Source: Nitrososphaerota archaeon
GTDB taxonomy: Archaea > Thermoproteota > Nitrososphaeria_A > Caldarchaeales > Caldarchaeaceae
DNA length: 64,000 nt
Direction: 5' to 3'
NCBI GenBank assembly: GCA_041641305.1
Contig: JBEPYN010000002.1
Coordinates: 256,001-320,000 of the forward strand
Part shown: piece by piece, positions 1 through 9,784 of the stretch
How positions within the stretch are numbered: the stretch's first letter is position 1
How the letters are laid out: every line of letters starts with the position of its first letter
The notes under the pieces: generated by a model
What the model saw: only the letters and a program-made list of their open reading frames with translations
Database searches by the model: none
What the model was told of the DNA's origin: nothing
Position numbers and translations under genes: made by a program

Positions 1-98
1 TCAGGGTCGAATCTCTTGAGGATACGTTTTACCTCAGCACCCACCTCTCTGTAACGCCTTAGATACTCGAGCAGCCTCGCCTCATAGTTTCTCGACAA
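1..98 (-). CDS. 5' part of a minimal nucleotidyltransferase (MNT) gene, running off the window edge
   Basis: Manual translation from TTG at 98: MSRNYEARLLEYLRRYREVGAEVKRILKRFDP. Overlaps the HEPN stop; same order and similar N-terminus as the pair at 29.5-30.3 kb. Catalytic motif lies outside the window. Confidence 0.6.
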   Translation of the reverse strand, partial: MSRNYEARLLEYLRRYREVGAEVKRILKRFDP

Positions 99-468
99 TA
101 GGCTTAAACACCTCCACGACAAACCTGTAAACATCCCTGACCTCCTTCTCTTCAAACCTGTAGGGCAGATACCGTGAGACTATGTAGGCTTCTTCAAGCC
201 TCGCTACATAGTGCAGCTTTGCACTATCCTCAACCATGGCTAGTAGCTCGGGTTTGTTTTCACCTAGAATACGGATAAGCGTCCTCAAAGAATGTGTTCT
301 CGGATAACTTCCACGATTGACTAAGAGCTTATACTTCAGAATAAGTTGACAATATTGTTCGAGGTTAAACATGGCCAGATCCCATTCATGTTCATCCATT
401 AAGTTACGTGCGTTACGTAAAAAAGCTTCAGCCCTCGACTTCAGCAGCTCAGCATCGTCCGCCGACAA
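82..468 (-). CDS. HEPN domain protein (HEPN-MNT module)
   Basis: AEAFLRNA..WDLAMFNLEQYCQLILK..RTHSL..YIVSRY pattern. Likely start is TTG at 468 rather than 555. Confidence 0.85.
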   Translation of the reverse strand: MSADDAELLKSRAEAFLRNARNLMDEHEWDLAMFNLEQYCQLILKYKLLVNRGSYPRTHSLRTLIRILGENKPELLAMVEDSAKLHYVARLEEAYIVSRYLPYRFEEKEVRDVYRFVVEVFKPIVEKL

Positions 469-587
469 CCCACATATAGTTAGGCCAAGGGCATGTAAAA
501 AGGCTACTGATTCGCCAAGCCTGATTGACGCGTCTTGGTGTGTTTGCTTGTTCACGTTTATATTTTGTATGGTGTTGATGGTTGGCG

Positions 588-1340
588 ATGGGGCCTGAGG
601 CTTCTGGTTCGAGGGCTGTGTTGAGGGCTGTCGAAGTGGTTAAGAGATATGATGAGCTACGGGCTTTGGATGGTTTGTCACTTGAAATGTATGAGGGCGA
701 GGTTCTCGGACTGATAGGCCCCAACGGAGCAGGTAAAACTACTTTCGTGAACGTGGTATGCGGGCTGATCAAGCCCGATTCTGGGAAGGTGTATTTCTAT
801 GAAGAGAATATTTTGGAGAAGAATGTGTATGAGCTGGCGCGAGCCGGCATAGTGAAGACCTATCAGATTCCAAGGGTTTTCGGTAACTTGACTGTTTTAG
901 ACAACTTGGTTGCTTCAGCTTCGTGGCTGAAAACCTCTGTGGAGGAGCTGCGCAAGGCTGCATTCGATAGCCTCCGTCTTGTGAAGCTGGATGTAAAAGC
1001 TGACTTGCTGGGCTCTCAGCTGAGCGGCGGCGAGAGAAAGCTTCTCGAATTCGCCAGAGCCATGATGCTTAAGCCAAGGCTTCTCCTTCTCGACGAACCT
1101 TTCGCAGGAGTGAACCCTGTACTGAAGAACACGCTCATAGATGCGTTGAAGAAGGTGAACGAACAGGGGTTATCTATTTTGATTGTGAGCCATGACATGG
1201 CTGAGATTAGGCGGCTTTGTAGAAGGGTTGTTTTTATGGCGGCTGGTTCGAAGCTTTTGGAGGGTTCGCCGGATGAGGTTCTGCGAAATGAGGAGGTGGT
1301 CAAGCTTTACCTTGGGGTGAAGAGACGTGCTGCGGGCTGA
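588..1340 (+). CDS. livG: Branched-chain amino acid-type ABC transporter ATPase
   Basis: GPNGAGKTT, LSGGERK, LLLDEPFAG, C-terminal YLG. TTTATA at about 557. Confidence 0.9.
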   Translation: MGPEASGSRAVLRAVEVVKRYDELRALDGLSLEMYEGEVLGLIGPNGAGKTTFVNVVCGLIKPDSGKVYFYEENILEKNVYELARAGIVKTYQIPRVFGNLTVLDNLVASASWLKTSVEELRKAAFDSLRLVKLDVKADLLGSQLSGGERKLLEFARAMMLKPRLLLLDEPFAGVNPVLKNTLIDALKKVNEQGLSILIVSHDMAEIRRLCRRVVFMAAGSKLLEGSPDEVLRNEEVVKLYLGVKRRAAG

Positions 1341-2022
1341 AAACCTCTCCGTCGCATACGTCGGCGACATACTTGTCCTCGACGGCGTAAGTGTCCAAGT
1401 CGAGCCTGGGAAGGTTTATGCGGTCATCGGCCCAAACGGAGCAGGTAAAAGCACCCTCCTCAAAACACTATTTGGTTTTCTGAAGCCCAAAAGCGGAGAG
1501 ATACTGCTCGACGGTAGAAAGATAACCTCTGCACCGCCTCATGAGAGAATCAGGATGGGCGTTTTCTATATTCCGCAGGAGAGCGGCATCTTCGGCTCGA
1601 TGACTGTGAAGGAGAATCTGGAGCTGGCGGCGTGGCTTTTTAGAGGGAACAAGGCGCTTGTGGCTGAGAGGGTTGAAGCCGTTTTGAACCAGTTTCCCCG
1701 TCTCAGGGAACGGCTTTACACAATGGCGGGCAAGATGAGCGGCGGCGAGCAGAAGTTTCTCGAGCTCGCTAAAGCGTTGATGAATGAGCCGCGTTACCTC
1801 TTGATAGACGAGCCGACGGTAGGTCTTTCGCCTGCGATGGCTGACATGGTTTACGACGAGCTCCGCAAACTCACGGGAAGAGACATAGGAATTTTGATTG
1901 TCGACCAGTATGTTGACAGAGTGTTGGAAATAGCTGACTATGTCTATTATGTGGAGTTGGGGAGGATAAAGGCGGAGGGCTCGGTTGACTATATCAGACG
2001 CGGTGAGTTTCTTTTCGAGTAG
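1327..2022 (+). CDS. livF: Branched-chain amino acid-type ABC transporter ATPase
   Basis: GPNGAGKST, MSGGEQ, LLIDEPTVGLSP. Confidence 0.9.
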   Translation: MLRAENLSVAYVGDILVLDGVSVQVEPGKVYAVIGPNGAGKSTLLKTLFGFLKPKSGEILLDGRKITSAPPHERIRMGVFYIPQESGIFGSMTVKENLELAAWLFRGNKALVAERVEAVLNQFPRLRERLYTMAGKMSGGEQKFLELAKALMNEPRYLLIDEPTVGLSPAMADMVYDELRKLTGRDIGILIVDQYVDRVLEIADYVYYVELGRIKAEGSVDYIRRGEFLFE

Positions 2023-2970
2023 CTATACGTCGGCTATTTTTCTCGAGATTTTAGGATACCTGTAGATTAGGTGGCTCAGCCCCCGCGGCATGGCAAGCGT
2101 AACAGCCATAACCACTGTACCGAATATGACGAGGTGAAGATATGGGAAACGGATAAGCAACGCGTCTGATATGAAGAAGAATAAGCCAGCTCCTACGAGA
2201 GGTCCCAGAAGCGTGCCTCCGCCACCCATCAGGAGGGAAGCCAGCACAGAGACGTTGAGTGTGATGGAGAAGAAGCCGGGATGCGCGTAGACATGTGTTA
2301 TAGCTGTCAGCCCTCCGATCACTCCTGCGCAGGCGGAGCTTAGAACATATGCTGCGAGCTTTGCTTTGGCTGTGTTGATTCCCATGGATTCGGCGACATC
2401 CTCATCTTCCCTTATTGATTCGAGCATGTATCCGAATCGTGTTCTCTTCAGGTAGAGGGTGAGTATGAAGAGGGCGGCCACCGTCATGTACATGGCTATG
2501 TATGAGCTGGTTACGTTGTAGGTGAAGTAGGCTGCTATGGGCAGTCCTTCGCTATAGTTGAATGCGGGGATGTTCACTATTATTACCCGTACGGCTTCTC
2601 CGAGTCCGAGAGTAGTTATAGCGAAATATGGTCCTCTTATTTTCAGGATTGGTCGGCCGATTAGGTAGGCTACGGCGGCTGATGTAATGGCTGCGACGGG
2701 GACGAAGAAGTAGGGGTCTACTCGGGTTGTCGTTGTGAGGTAGGCGACGGTGTAGGCGCCTATCCCATAGTAGGCGATGTGGCCGAAGTTGACGTAGCCG
2801 GTAAATCCTGTGATGAAGTTGAGGCTCATCACCAGTGCGAGCATCTGTAAAAAGCTCCAGAAGTAGGCGATTAACGCGGTGTTTCCAGTAAGCAGCGGCA
2901 AAATGGATATGCCGAGCAGCAGGACATAGAGTATGAGGCCGATTTTAAGCCGTTGTCTACCTGCCTCCAC
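2023..2970 (-). CDS. livM: Branched-chain amino acid-type ABC permease
   Basis: GFTGYVNFGH, GPYFAITTL, IREDEDVAESMGI; hydrophobic. Confidence 0.9.
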   Translation of the reverse strand: MEAGRQRLKIGLILYVLLLGISILPLLTGNTALIAYFWSFLQMLALVMSLNFITGFTGYVNFGHIAYYGIGAYTVAYLTTTTRVDPYFFVPVAAITSAAVAYLIGRPILKIRGPYFAITTLGLGEAVRVIIVNIPAFNYSEGLPIAAYFTYNVTSSYIAMYMTVAALFILTLYLKRTRFGYMLESIREDEDVAESMGINTAKAKLAAYVLSSACAGVIGGLTAITHVYAHPGFFSITLNVSVLASLLMGGGGTLLGPLVGAGLFFFISDALLIRFPYLHLVIFGTVVMAVTLAMPRGLSHLIYRYPKISRKIADV

Positions 2971-3811
2971 GGTAACGCACCATGATGACTATGACGATGG
3001 TTATGAAGGCCACGGCTGGGCTTATGCTCTGGGTGAAGTATACGCCGACGAGGCTTTCTACAAGTCCCATGAAAATGCCTGCGAGAAGAGTTCCTATGAT
3101 GTTCCCTACTCCGCCGAGGACGACTGAGGCGAAGGAGTACATGAGGTAGCCGTCGCCAGAAGACGGTGTAAACGGGTTGACTAGGGAGATCATGGTGCCT
3201 GAGAAGAAGGTGATGCCGAGGGCTATTCCCATGCTTATGGCGAAGACGTTGTCGACATCTATTCCCACGGAAGCTGCTCCTACACGGTTGGCGACGACTG
3301 CTCTAATGGCTTTGCCGTAGTATGTGCGTTGAAGCAGCATATAAAGCAGCAGGAAGCAGACTATTGTTGAGACAAGGGCTATGAGCCTGGCCAAAGGTAT
3401 CCTTGTTCCAGCTAGTTCAAGGCTTTGGATGAGCCATGGAATTCCCCTCACATCGGGGCCCCATATATTGAGGATGGAGTTGCTGAGCAGAAGCGAGAGG
3501 CCGAAGAAGAAGAGGAGCGAGGTGGATGGCTCGAGTGCGACCACTTTACGCCCAACACCCTTGTAGAGAACATATCCCACGGCAAAGCCCAATGCCACGG
3601 CGACGGGGGCTGTGAGAAGCGGCGGAGCACCCACAGCTGAGAAGAATACATACGCGATGTACGCCGCGAGAATGATGAAGGAGCCGTGGGCCAGGTTGAC
3701 CACTCCGAGAACACCCCATATAAGCGAGAGGCCCACGGCAGCTATTCCGTAGACCGCCCCCATAAGGAGGCCGTTAACAATGGCTTGAAAAAAAATTTGG
3801 GGATTAAACAT
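2957..3811 (-). CDS. livH: Branched-chain amino acid-type ABC permease
   Basis: GLSLIWGVLGVVNLAHG, YGKAIRAV, VVLGGVGN. Confidence 0.9.
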   Translation of the reverse strand: MFNPQIFFQAIVNGLLMGAVYGIAAVGLSLIWGVLGVVNLAHGSFIILAAYIAYVFFSAVGAPPLLTAPVAVALGFAVGYVLYKGVGRKVVALEPSTSLLFFFGLSLLLSNSILNIWGPDVRGIPWLIQSLELAGTRIPLARLIALVSTIVCFLLLYMLLQRTYYGKAIRAVVANRVGAASVGIDVDNVFAISMGIALGITFFSGTMISLVNPFTPSSGDGYLMYSFASVVLGGVGNIIGTLLAGIFMGLVESLVGVYFTQSISPAVAFITIVIVIMVRYRGGR

Positions 3812-5059
3812 TTACCACGACGGCTTCGGGAAAATCAGATCCGCCGTAGCAACCTCTGGAGGCCAGACGACCTGCTTCTGTCCCCTTTGCCACTGTAGGA
3901 GAACAAGTTCGTGTCCGACTTGGTTGCCTGTTGCCGGGTCTATCTTTAGGCGGCCGTAGAAAGTCGTTATGTCGATGTCGTTGAACGCCGCTCTGAGTTT
4001 TGCGTTGTCGAGGGTGCCTGCTTTCTCAATCGCTGCTGTGATGTAGAGGCCTGCCGCGAAAGCTGCTGCAGAGTGGTAGGATGGCTCGCTGTTCCATTTC
4101 TGTCTAAACTGTGTTATGAACTCATCGATTGTTGGTCCGTAGGTTATTTTTGGTTTTGTTTGAGGCTCCCAGTGTGAGGGAGCTAGTATGCCTTCCGATG
4201 CCTCTTTGAGGGCGTCGTAGAAAGCTGGCAGAGACGGGCTTACGAGTAGGCTCATCAGCTTCACGTTTATGCCAAGTTCCTTGGCCTGTCTTACGAGAAG
4301 AACCTCATCCTCGTAGTGGCCTCCGCCGAGGATAGCGTCCACGTTCAAGCCCTTTATCTTGGTGAGAATGGGTGAGAGGTCTTTCGCGTCGCGTGGATAC
4401 ATCTCGAACGCCACAACTTTGACACCCTTCTGCTCCGCATAGGCTTTGGCGCCTTCGGCGACAGACTTGGCGAATGCATCGTCTTTATAGATGATGGCGA
4501 CCGACGGGTTCTGCACCTTCTTGAGCAGAATGTCTATCGCCTGTGTCAGCATTTTGCTCGCAGGTGTATATGTTCCAACTATGTTTTTGTATCCCTGTTT
4601 GAAGATTGTGTCGGAGTTTGCGCCGACCACGACCATCAGCCTCCCATATTTCTCGGTTATTCCAGCCGCCGTTAGCGCGAGAGTGCTTGAATACGGTGAC
4701 AAGAGGATGTCTACTTTGTCCTCGTTTATCAGCTTCTCATAAAGCCGTATGACCTCGTCTTTGCTGGATTTGTCGTCATAATATTTTAGCTCGACTTTGT
4801 AGTATTTGTTCTGGTCCTTGACGTAGATTCCGCCTTTGGAGTTTATCCAGTCTTTCCAGAGCTCGATGCCTTCGAGCTGTTTGCGGCCGGGGACCGCGAA
4901 GTCGCCTGAGATGGATATGGAGAAGCCTATGACGAGCGGTTTCTCGGCGACGGTTGGTGTGGAAAGCTGCTGAACAGCGAGGTAAACACCTATCCCCGCA
5001 ACAACTGCTATGACCAACACCGCAACAACCAGAGTTGTTGATACCGCTCTTGGGTTCAC
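3812..5059 (-). CDS. ABC substrate-binding protein (LivK/PBP1 fold), N-terminally anchored
   Basis: Hydrophobic N-terminus; IGFSISISG, YYDDKSS, SPYSS motifs; adjacent to permeases. Confidence 0.88.
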   Translation of the reverse strand: MNPRAVSTTLVVAVLVIAVVAGIGVYLAVQQLSTPTVAEKPLVIGFSISISGDFAVPGRKQLEGIELWKDWINSKGGIYVKDQNKYYKVELKYYDDKSSKDEVIRLYEKLINEDKVDILLSPYSSTLALTAAGITEKYGRLMVVVGANSDTIFKQGYKNIVGTYTPASKMLTQAIDILLKKVQNPSVAIIYKDDAFAKSVAEGAKAYAEQKGVKVVAFEMYPRDAKDLSPILTKIKGLNVDAILGGGHYEDEVLLVRQAKELGINVKLMSLLVSPSLPAFYDALKEASEGILAPSHWEPQTKPKITYGPTIDEFITQFRQKWNSEPSYHSAAAFAAGLYITAAIEKAGTLDNAKLRAAFNDIDITTFYGRLKIDPATGNQVGHELVLLQWQRGQKQVVWPPEVATADLIFPKPSW

Positions 5060-5092
5060 AGCTCTTCACAGCCTCACCCAAGTTAAAAGTCT

Positions 5093-6094
5093 TTACCCGA
5101 AAATGCTGAGAACAGCGTCGATAATGCTTTTGTCGGCTGGCCTTATTATGGGATACTTGACGCCTGCCTCGCGGTACTGGTCGATTTTCCGGCGGACTTC
5201 CTCTGCTGTGCCGACTGCAGTTAAACCTTTCAAAACGTCTACTGGAATCTCCGCCATCAGCTTCTCATATCCGCCTGTGTTGTAGGCTTCGAGCATCTTC
5301 TCTATGAGTTGTGGCGTGATGTATGGCTCGCCGACGTTGAGCCGCGGTTTCACGGCGAAGTCAACCATCAGCGGGCTAAGCTTGCTCGCAACCTCTCGCC
5401 TAACATAGTCCACCGCAGGTTTCTCGGCATCAACTGCCGTAACTATTAAGCCAGCTATCTGAAGCTGGTCGGGGTCACGGCCCTTCTCTTCAGCTGCTTT
5501 GCGGACGATTCTGATAGCGTTTCTACAGTATTCTACTGAGGTCGTTGCGTTAAGTAGGACGCCGTCGGCGTATTCCCCTGCTATGCGGAGGCCCTTGGCG
5601 CTTGTCGCAGCCACCCACACAGGTATGTTGCTGCGGAGGGGTTTGAAACCGAGACCGGCCTCCCTCAAGCGGAAGTGCTTGCTCTCGTAGGTTATTTTTT
5701 CCCCGGTCAAAAGCCTCTTGAACAACGTGATATATTCGACAAGTGTTTCAGCGGGGTCGGCGTATTCGAGCCCGTGCTTAGCCATGTGCTGTTTTGTGCA
5801 TGCTCCCAGAGAGAGAACTATTCTCCCGCCCGAGAGCTCGTCAAGTGTGGCGAAGGTTTGGGCGAGCACAAGCGGTGACCTGAGTCTAACCACCTGTGTG
5901 CATCCGAGGAGAGGTTTCTCAACAGCGAGGGCGAAGGACGTGAGAGTGGTCACTGCATCGCGGAATGTTTGCAGCGTCTCGGAGAAGAAAACCATGTCGA
6001 ATCCCAGCTCCTCCGCCTTCTTCGCATAGCTGGTCATCTCCCGGACGGTCATCGACGGGTCATAGCCCAACCCAAAGCCCAGCCACTTCTCCAT
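5093..6094 (-). CDS. LLM-class (luciferase-like, Mer-type) flavin/F420-dependent oxidoreductase
   Basis: AEELGFD, FATLDELSGGRIVLSLG, AGEYADGVLL. Confidence 0.85.
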   Translation of the reverse strand: MEKWLGFGLGYDPSMTVREMTSYAKKAEELGFDMVFFSETLQTFRDAVTTLTSFALAVEKPLLGCTQVVRLRSPLVLAQTFATLDELSGGRIVLSLGACTKQHMAKHGLEYADPAETLVEYITLFKRLLTGEKITYESKHFRLREAGLGFKPLRSNIPVWVAATSAKGLRIAGEYADGVLLNATTSVEYCRNAIRIVRKAAEEKGRDPDQLQIAGLIVTAVDAEKPAVDYVRREVASKLSPLMVDFAVKPRLNVGEPYITPQLIEKMLEAYNTGGYEKLMAEIPVDVLKGLTAVGTAEEVRRKIDQYREAGVKYPIIRPADKSIIDAVLSIFG

Positions 6095-6158
6095 AACAGG
6101 TAAAACACATCCTCTACAGCCACTATTTATCGCATATCTGGTCAGTGGAGAACCCTGT

Positions 6159-7736
6159 CTACTCGACCACGTTTGTCCGCGCCTGTTCGCGGAGGAATGT
6201 CAGTAGATAGTGTGGGCCTCCTACTCCTTTTCCAGTTGCGCCGCTTGCTTTCCAGCCGACGAATGTTTGTGCGCCGGGCCATGCTCCCGTGGTTGCTCCG
6301 CCTTTTCTGTTGGCGTAGGTTACGCCGAACTCGATGTTGTTGAAGAAGCATTCGACTTCACGTGGGTCTTCGGAATAGATACCCGCGGTTAGGCCGTATT
6401 CGGTGTTGTTGGCTTCTTTCAAGGCTTCTTCAAGGGTTTCGAACTCCGCTACCAGCAGTATGGGAAGGAAGAGCTCCTGCTTGAACAAGGGGTGGCTGCG
6501 GGGGAGCTTGTCTATGATGGTGGGCTGGACGTAATAGCCTCTGTCAAACAAGCCGCCGCCAAGCACTTCGCCGCCGTAGAGAATTTCTCCACCGTCGCGC
6601 TTCGCCGTCTCCACGTAGCTGCGGAAGTTTTCGACGGCTCGTTTGTTTATTACGGGGCCGAGGAACACTTCTCGGAGACGTGGGTCACCTATCTTGATGC
6701 GGCTGGTCTCTTTCACCAGCTCCTCGATAAACCTGTTCTTTATCTCACGCTGGACATAGACGCGTGATGTTGCGGAGCATTTCTGGCCGCCGTAGCCGAA
6801 TGCGGCTCGCACGACACCTAGCACAGCTTTGCCGATGTCCGCGTTCTTGGTGACTATCGTCGGGTTCTTGCTCCCCATCTCGAGCAAAATCGGCTTGGGA
6901 TAGGGCTGGGAGGATGTGAACCTGCGGTAAAGCCTCATGCCCACGTCTTTTGAGCCTGTGAAAGCGATGCCCGCGACATCCGGGTTGGACACTATCTCGT
7001 CCTCGAACGCGGAGCCGGGGCCCGTGACATAGTTGATTACGCCGGGCGGCACTCCAGCGTCCACAAAGACGCGGTAGAGCAGCAGACCGGATAAGGGTGT
7101 TTCGCTTGTTGGCTTGAAGACCACCGCGTTGCCTGTTATCAGGGCGCCGAGCATCATGCCGTTGGCGAGCATGAAGGGGAAGTTGAAGGGTGAGATGACC
7201 ACCCAGACACCGTAGGGCCTTGCAACCATTCTGCACTGCTCTCCGGGGCCGCCGGGTCCCATCTCAAACTCATAGCCGTTGTTCTTCTCCATCACTTGGG
7301 CATAGTATTTGAGCGCGTCAATAGCCTCCCAAGCCTCGGCCAAGGCCTCGAGCCTATTCTTGCCAGCCTCGTAGGTGATTACGGCGGCTATCTCAAATTT
7401 TCTCTCGTCAATCAGTTGCGCGGCCCGACGCATCACACGCACTCTTTCACGCCAATCCGTGTCAGCCCATTCCCTGAACCGTTTCTTGGCCTCGGCGATT
7501 GCTTGACGCATGTGCTCCGCGCCTCCCTTCTGAAAATAGCCCACTATAACCGAGGTATCGATGGGGCTACGGGTCTCAAACTCTCCCTGCTCCGAGAAAA
7601 CCTCGCGGCCACCTATTAGCATGGGATAATGTTTTCCTAGAAATTTTTGCTCAACATCTTTCAAGGCTTTTTCATAGGCTGGGTGAAGAGACTCGTCGGC
7701 AAATAGAGATACATAGGTTATCTTTTTCTCCGTCAT
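6159..7736 (-). CDS. Aldehyde dehydrogenase, 1-pyrroline-5-carboxylate dehydrogenase-like
   Basis: SPFNFP, FTGS, EMGSKNP, GQKCSATSR, ELFLP, YGLTAG. Confidence 0.85.
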   Translation of the reverse strand: MTEKKITYVSLFADESLHPAYEKALKDVEQKFLGKHYPMLIGGREVFSEQGEFETRSPIDTSVIVGYFQKGGAEHMRQAIAEAKKRFREWADTDWRERVRVMRRAAQLIDERKFEIAAVITYEAGKNRLEALAEAWEAIDALKYYAQVMEKNNGYEFEMGPGGPGEQCRMVARPYGVWVVISPFNFPFMLANGMMLGALITGNAVVFKPTSETPLSGLLLYRVFVDAGVPPGVINYVTGPGSAFEDEIVSNPDVAGIAFTGSKDVGMRLYRRFTSSQPYPKPILLEMGSKNPTIVTKNADIGKAVLGVVRAAFGYGGQKCSATSRVYVQREIKNRFIEELVKETSRIKIGDPRLREVFLGPVINKRAVENFRSYVETAKRDGGEILYGGEVLGGGLFDRGYYVQPTIIDKLPRSHPLFKQELFLPILLVAEFETLEEALKEANNTEYGLTAGIYSEDPREVECFFNNIEFGVTYANRKGGATTGAWPGAQTFVGWKASGATGKGVGGPHYLLTFLREQARTNVVE

Positions 7737-7763
7737 TTCACATTTACAAGTAACGTTGATTGA

Positions 7764-8543
7764 CTAAATATGTTTTTCTTGTCTGATCTCCTGTATGCGG
7801 TTGTATATGTTTGCGACGGTTTGTCTTGGGTTGGCTGAGTAGATGATGGCGCGTCCGATGTTGACGAGTATTGTTGAGCCGCCTGCTTTAACGGCTGTGA
7901 TGAGGTCTCCGCCTTGTGCGCCCACGCCGGGGAAAAGAATCATCTTTTCAGCACCTATGGCGTCTCTCACAGCTCTTATCTCTGCCTCCCCCAACTCTGG
8001 ATGCAGCCCCACAACAACACCTTCGGCCCCGTTTTCAACAACCTCTTCCAGAATTTTTTGGTAAACTTTTCTGTCGTCGGCGAGTGTTGCTCTGAAATAT
8101 TTGCTTGACTCGGGGTTGGATGGATGCAGCAACACGATGATTCCGACGTTGTTTGCTTCGCCGTGTTTCACAGCCTTTGACAGCGTTCCCATGATTGGGT
8201 TAAATGTTATGAAGTCATAGCCCATCTCTGACACCAGCTTGATGCCTGCTTTGACGGTGTTCTCTATGTCGCACATCTTGCAATCATAGATTGAGACCAG
8301 CCCCATGTCCCGTATTTTACCGGTTAGTTTTCTGTGGTCGGTCAGCGAAAAGTCTCGGACAAAGTTTTCGTTGACTTTGACTGCCGCGATGTAGGGGTCT
8401 ACGGCGTCAACCATGTTGAGGCAAAACCGTAGCTTCTCGCTTGTTTGTGGGTGTAAGTCCGGGTTTGGGTCGAGGCCGAGGCAGATAATCGAGCTTCTCT
8501 GCTCCAAGGCCTTTCGAAACCTTTCCAGTGGACTGTTGCTCAC
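7764..8543 (-). CDS. pyrF: Orotidine-5'-phosphate decarboxylase
   Basis: CLGLDP, DCKMCDIENT (DxKxxDI), SNP, PGVGAQGG, GRAIIY. Confidence 0.92.
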   Translation of the reverse strand: MSNSPLERFRKALEQRSSIICLGLDPNPDLHPQTSEKLRFCLNMVDAVDPYIAAVKVNENFVRDFSLTDHRKLTGKIRDMGLVSIYDCKMCDIENTVKAGIKLVSEMGYDFITFNPIMGTLSKAVKHGEANNVGIIVLLHPSNPESSKYFRATLADDRKVYQKILEEVVENGAEGVVVGLHPELGEAEIRAVRDAIGAEKMILFPGVGAQGGDLITAVKAGGSTILVNIGRAIIYSANPRQTVANIYNRIQEIRQEKHI

Positions 8544-9730
8544 GAAAGCTTCACCACACCGTAATCTCTGTAATACCGGATCCAGTCTTCACGCTCCTCG
8601 GGAGGAAGCTCGCCCTTAATCATCTCATAGATGCTGGAGGCTGTGAGAATTGGGTGAACCTTGACACCGAGCGTCTTCTCAAGATATTCCACGGCGCTCA
8701 CCTCCTCTTCCTCGGATGTCTCCTGCCTGTCTACAGCGACCACAACGGCGACAACTCTGTGACTGCCAAGCGAGTCAAGCTTCTTTATCGACGCCGCCTT
8801 CGTTCTTCCCGTCGTCACGGTGTCGTCCACTATCAGTATTTTCTGCCCCGGCTGGAAATACTCGGAGCCAACTATGCTGCCGTCCATTGCGACGTCACCA
8901 TACTCTTTCACCTCTTTTCTATCATATAGGAACCGCTTGTTTATGCCATAGTATTCTTTCAGTCCTTCGCAGACGAGTGATGCGAGGTTGATGCCTTTGT
9001 AGGCGGGGCCGAAGACGAAGTCAAAATCTTCAAGAATGTTTTCTTTGAGGAGAAGCGCTATATAGCTGGCGAATATCCACCGGAGCTTGGACAGCGACTC
9101 GCCATCGTTTAAAGCACCCATGTTGACGAAGTATGGGCTGACCCTGCCGCTCTTCAGCCTAAACTTCTGACGGTAGCGGAGGCCGCCTTTCTTGACAAGC
9201 AGGTCCAACAGCTCACGCTGCACCCGTGTCCTCGACACAAGTATCCCGCTTGAAGCACGCTGCGAAATCTCCTTCACAGCATCCTCGTAGTAGTATACGT
9301 ATCCGCAGCTCAGGCATTTCAGAGTCGTTAGCTCGAGGTTTTCGGTGTCTAGGTTGACGGAAAACCTGCTGCCGGGGCCCTTCGAGCTGCATAAGGGGTT
9401 TCTGCAGTCTATGACGCCCACCACTTCTTTGGGAGGATTTACACGTTCTTTCGACTTCACTCTCCAGTCCGAGATGATATTGATGGTTGCTGTGGGAGAG
9501 ATTAGGGCGATGACGTTTACGAGGCTCGAGGTGATGTATTCTCCCTCTATCTTGACGAGGTCTTTGCGGCCGAGCTTTGTGGAGGGAACGTTTTTGGCTA
9601 TGACAGCGGTCGAACCGGGGTCAGGATTGAGAACACTGTAGATGAGAAAACCTTTGCAGGCGGTTATGTGGTCTATTACCACACCGCGCTCAATCTTTTG
9701 GACAAGCAGCTTCTGCTCAAGCCGCTCCAC
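8540..9730 (-). CDS. pyrI-pyrE: Fusion of aspartate carbamoyltransferase regulatory chain (N-terminal) and orotate phosphoribosyltransferase (C-terminal)
   Basis: N-terminal: GVVIDHI, NVPSTKLGRKDLVKIE, ALISPTATINII, CRNPLC..CLSC. C-terminal: LKSGRVSPYF, FGPAYKGI, DRKEVK, LIVDDTVTTG. Confidence 0.92.
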   Translation of the reverse strand: MERLEQKLLVQKIERGVVIDHITACKGFLIYSVLNPDPGSTAVIAKNVPSTKLGRKDLVKIEGEYITSSLVNVIALISPTATINIISDWRVKSKERVNPPKEVVGVIDCRNPLCSSKGPGSRFSVNLDTENLELTTLKCLSCGYVYYYEDAVKEISQRASSGILVSRTRVQRELLDLLVKKGGLRYRQKFRLKSGRVSPYFVNMGALNDGESLSKLRWIFASYIALLLKENILEDFDFVFGPAYKGINLASLVCEGLKEYYGINKRFLYDRKEVKEYGDVAMDGSIVGSEYFQPGQKILIVDDTVTTGRTKAASIKKLDSLGSHRVVAVVVAVDRQETSEEEEVSAVEYLEKTLGVKVHPILTASSIYEMIKGELPPEEREDWIRYYRDYGVVKLS

Positions 9731-9784
9731 TATGAACCCGCGTCAAACAGGTTTTTTCAGATATTTAAGTGAAAAAATGGAATT

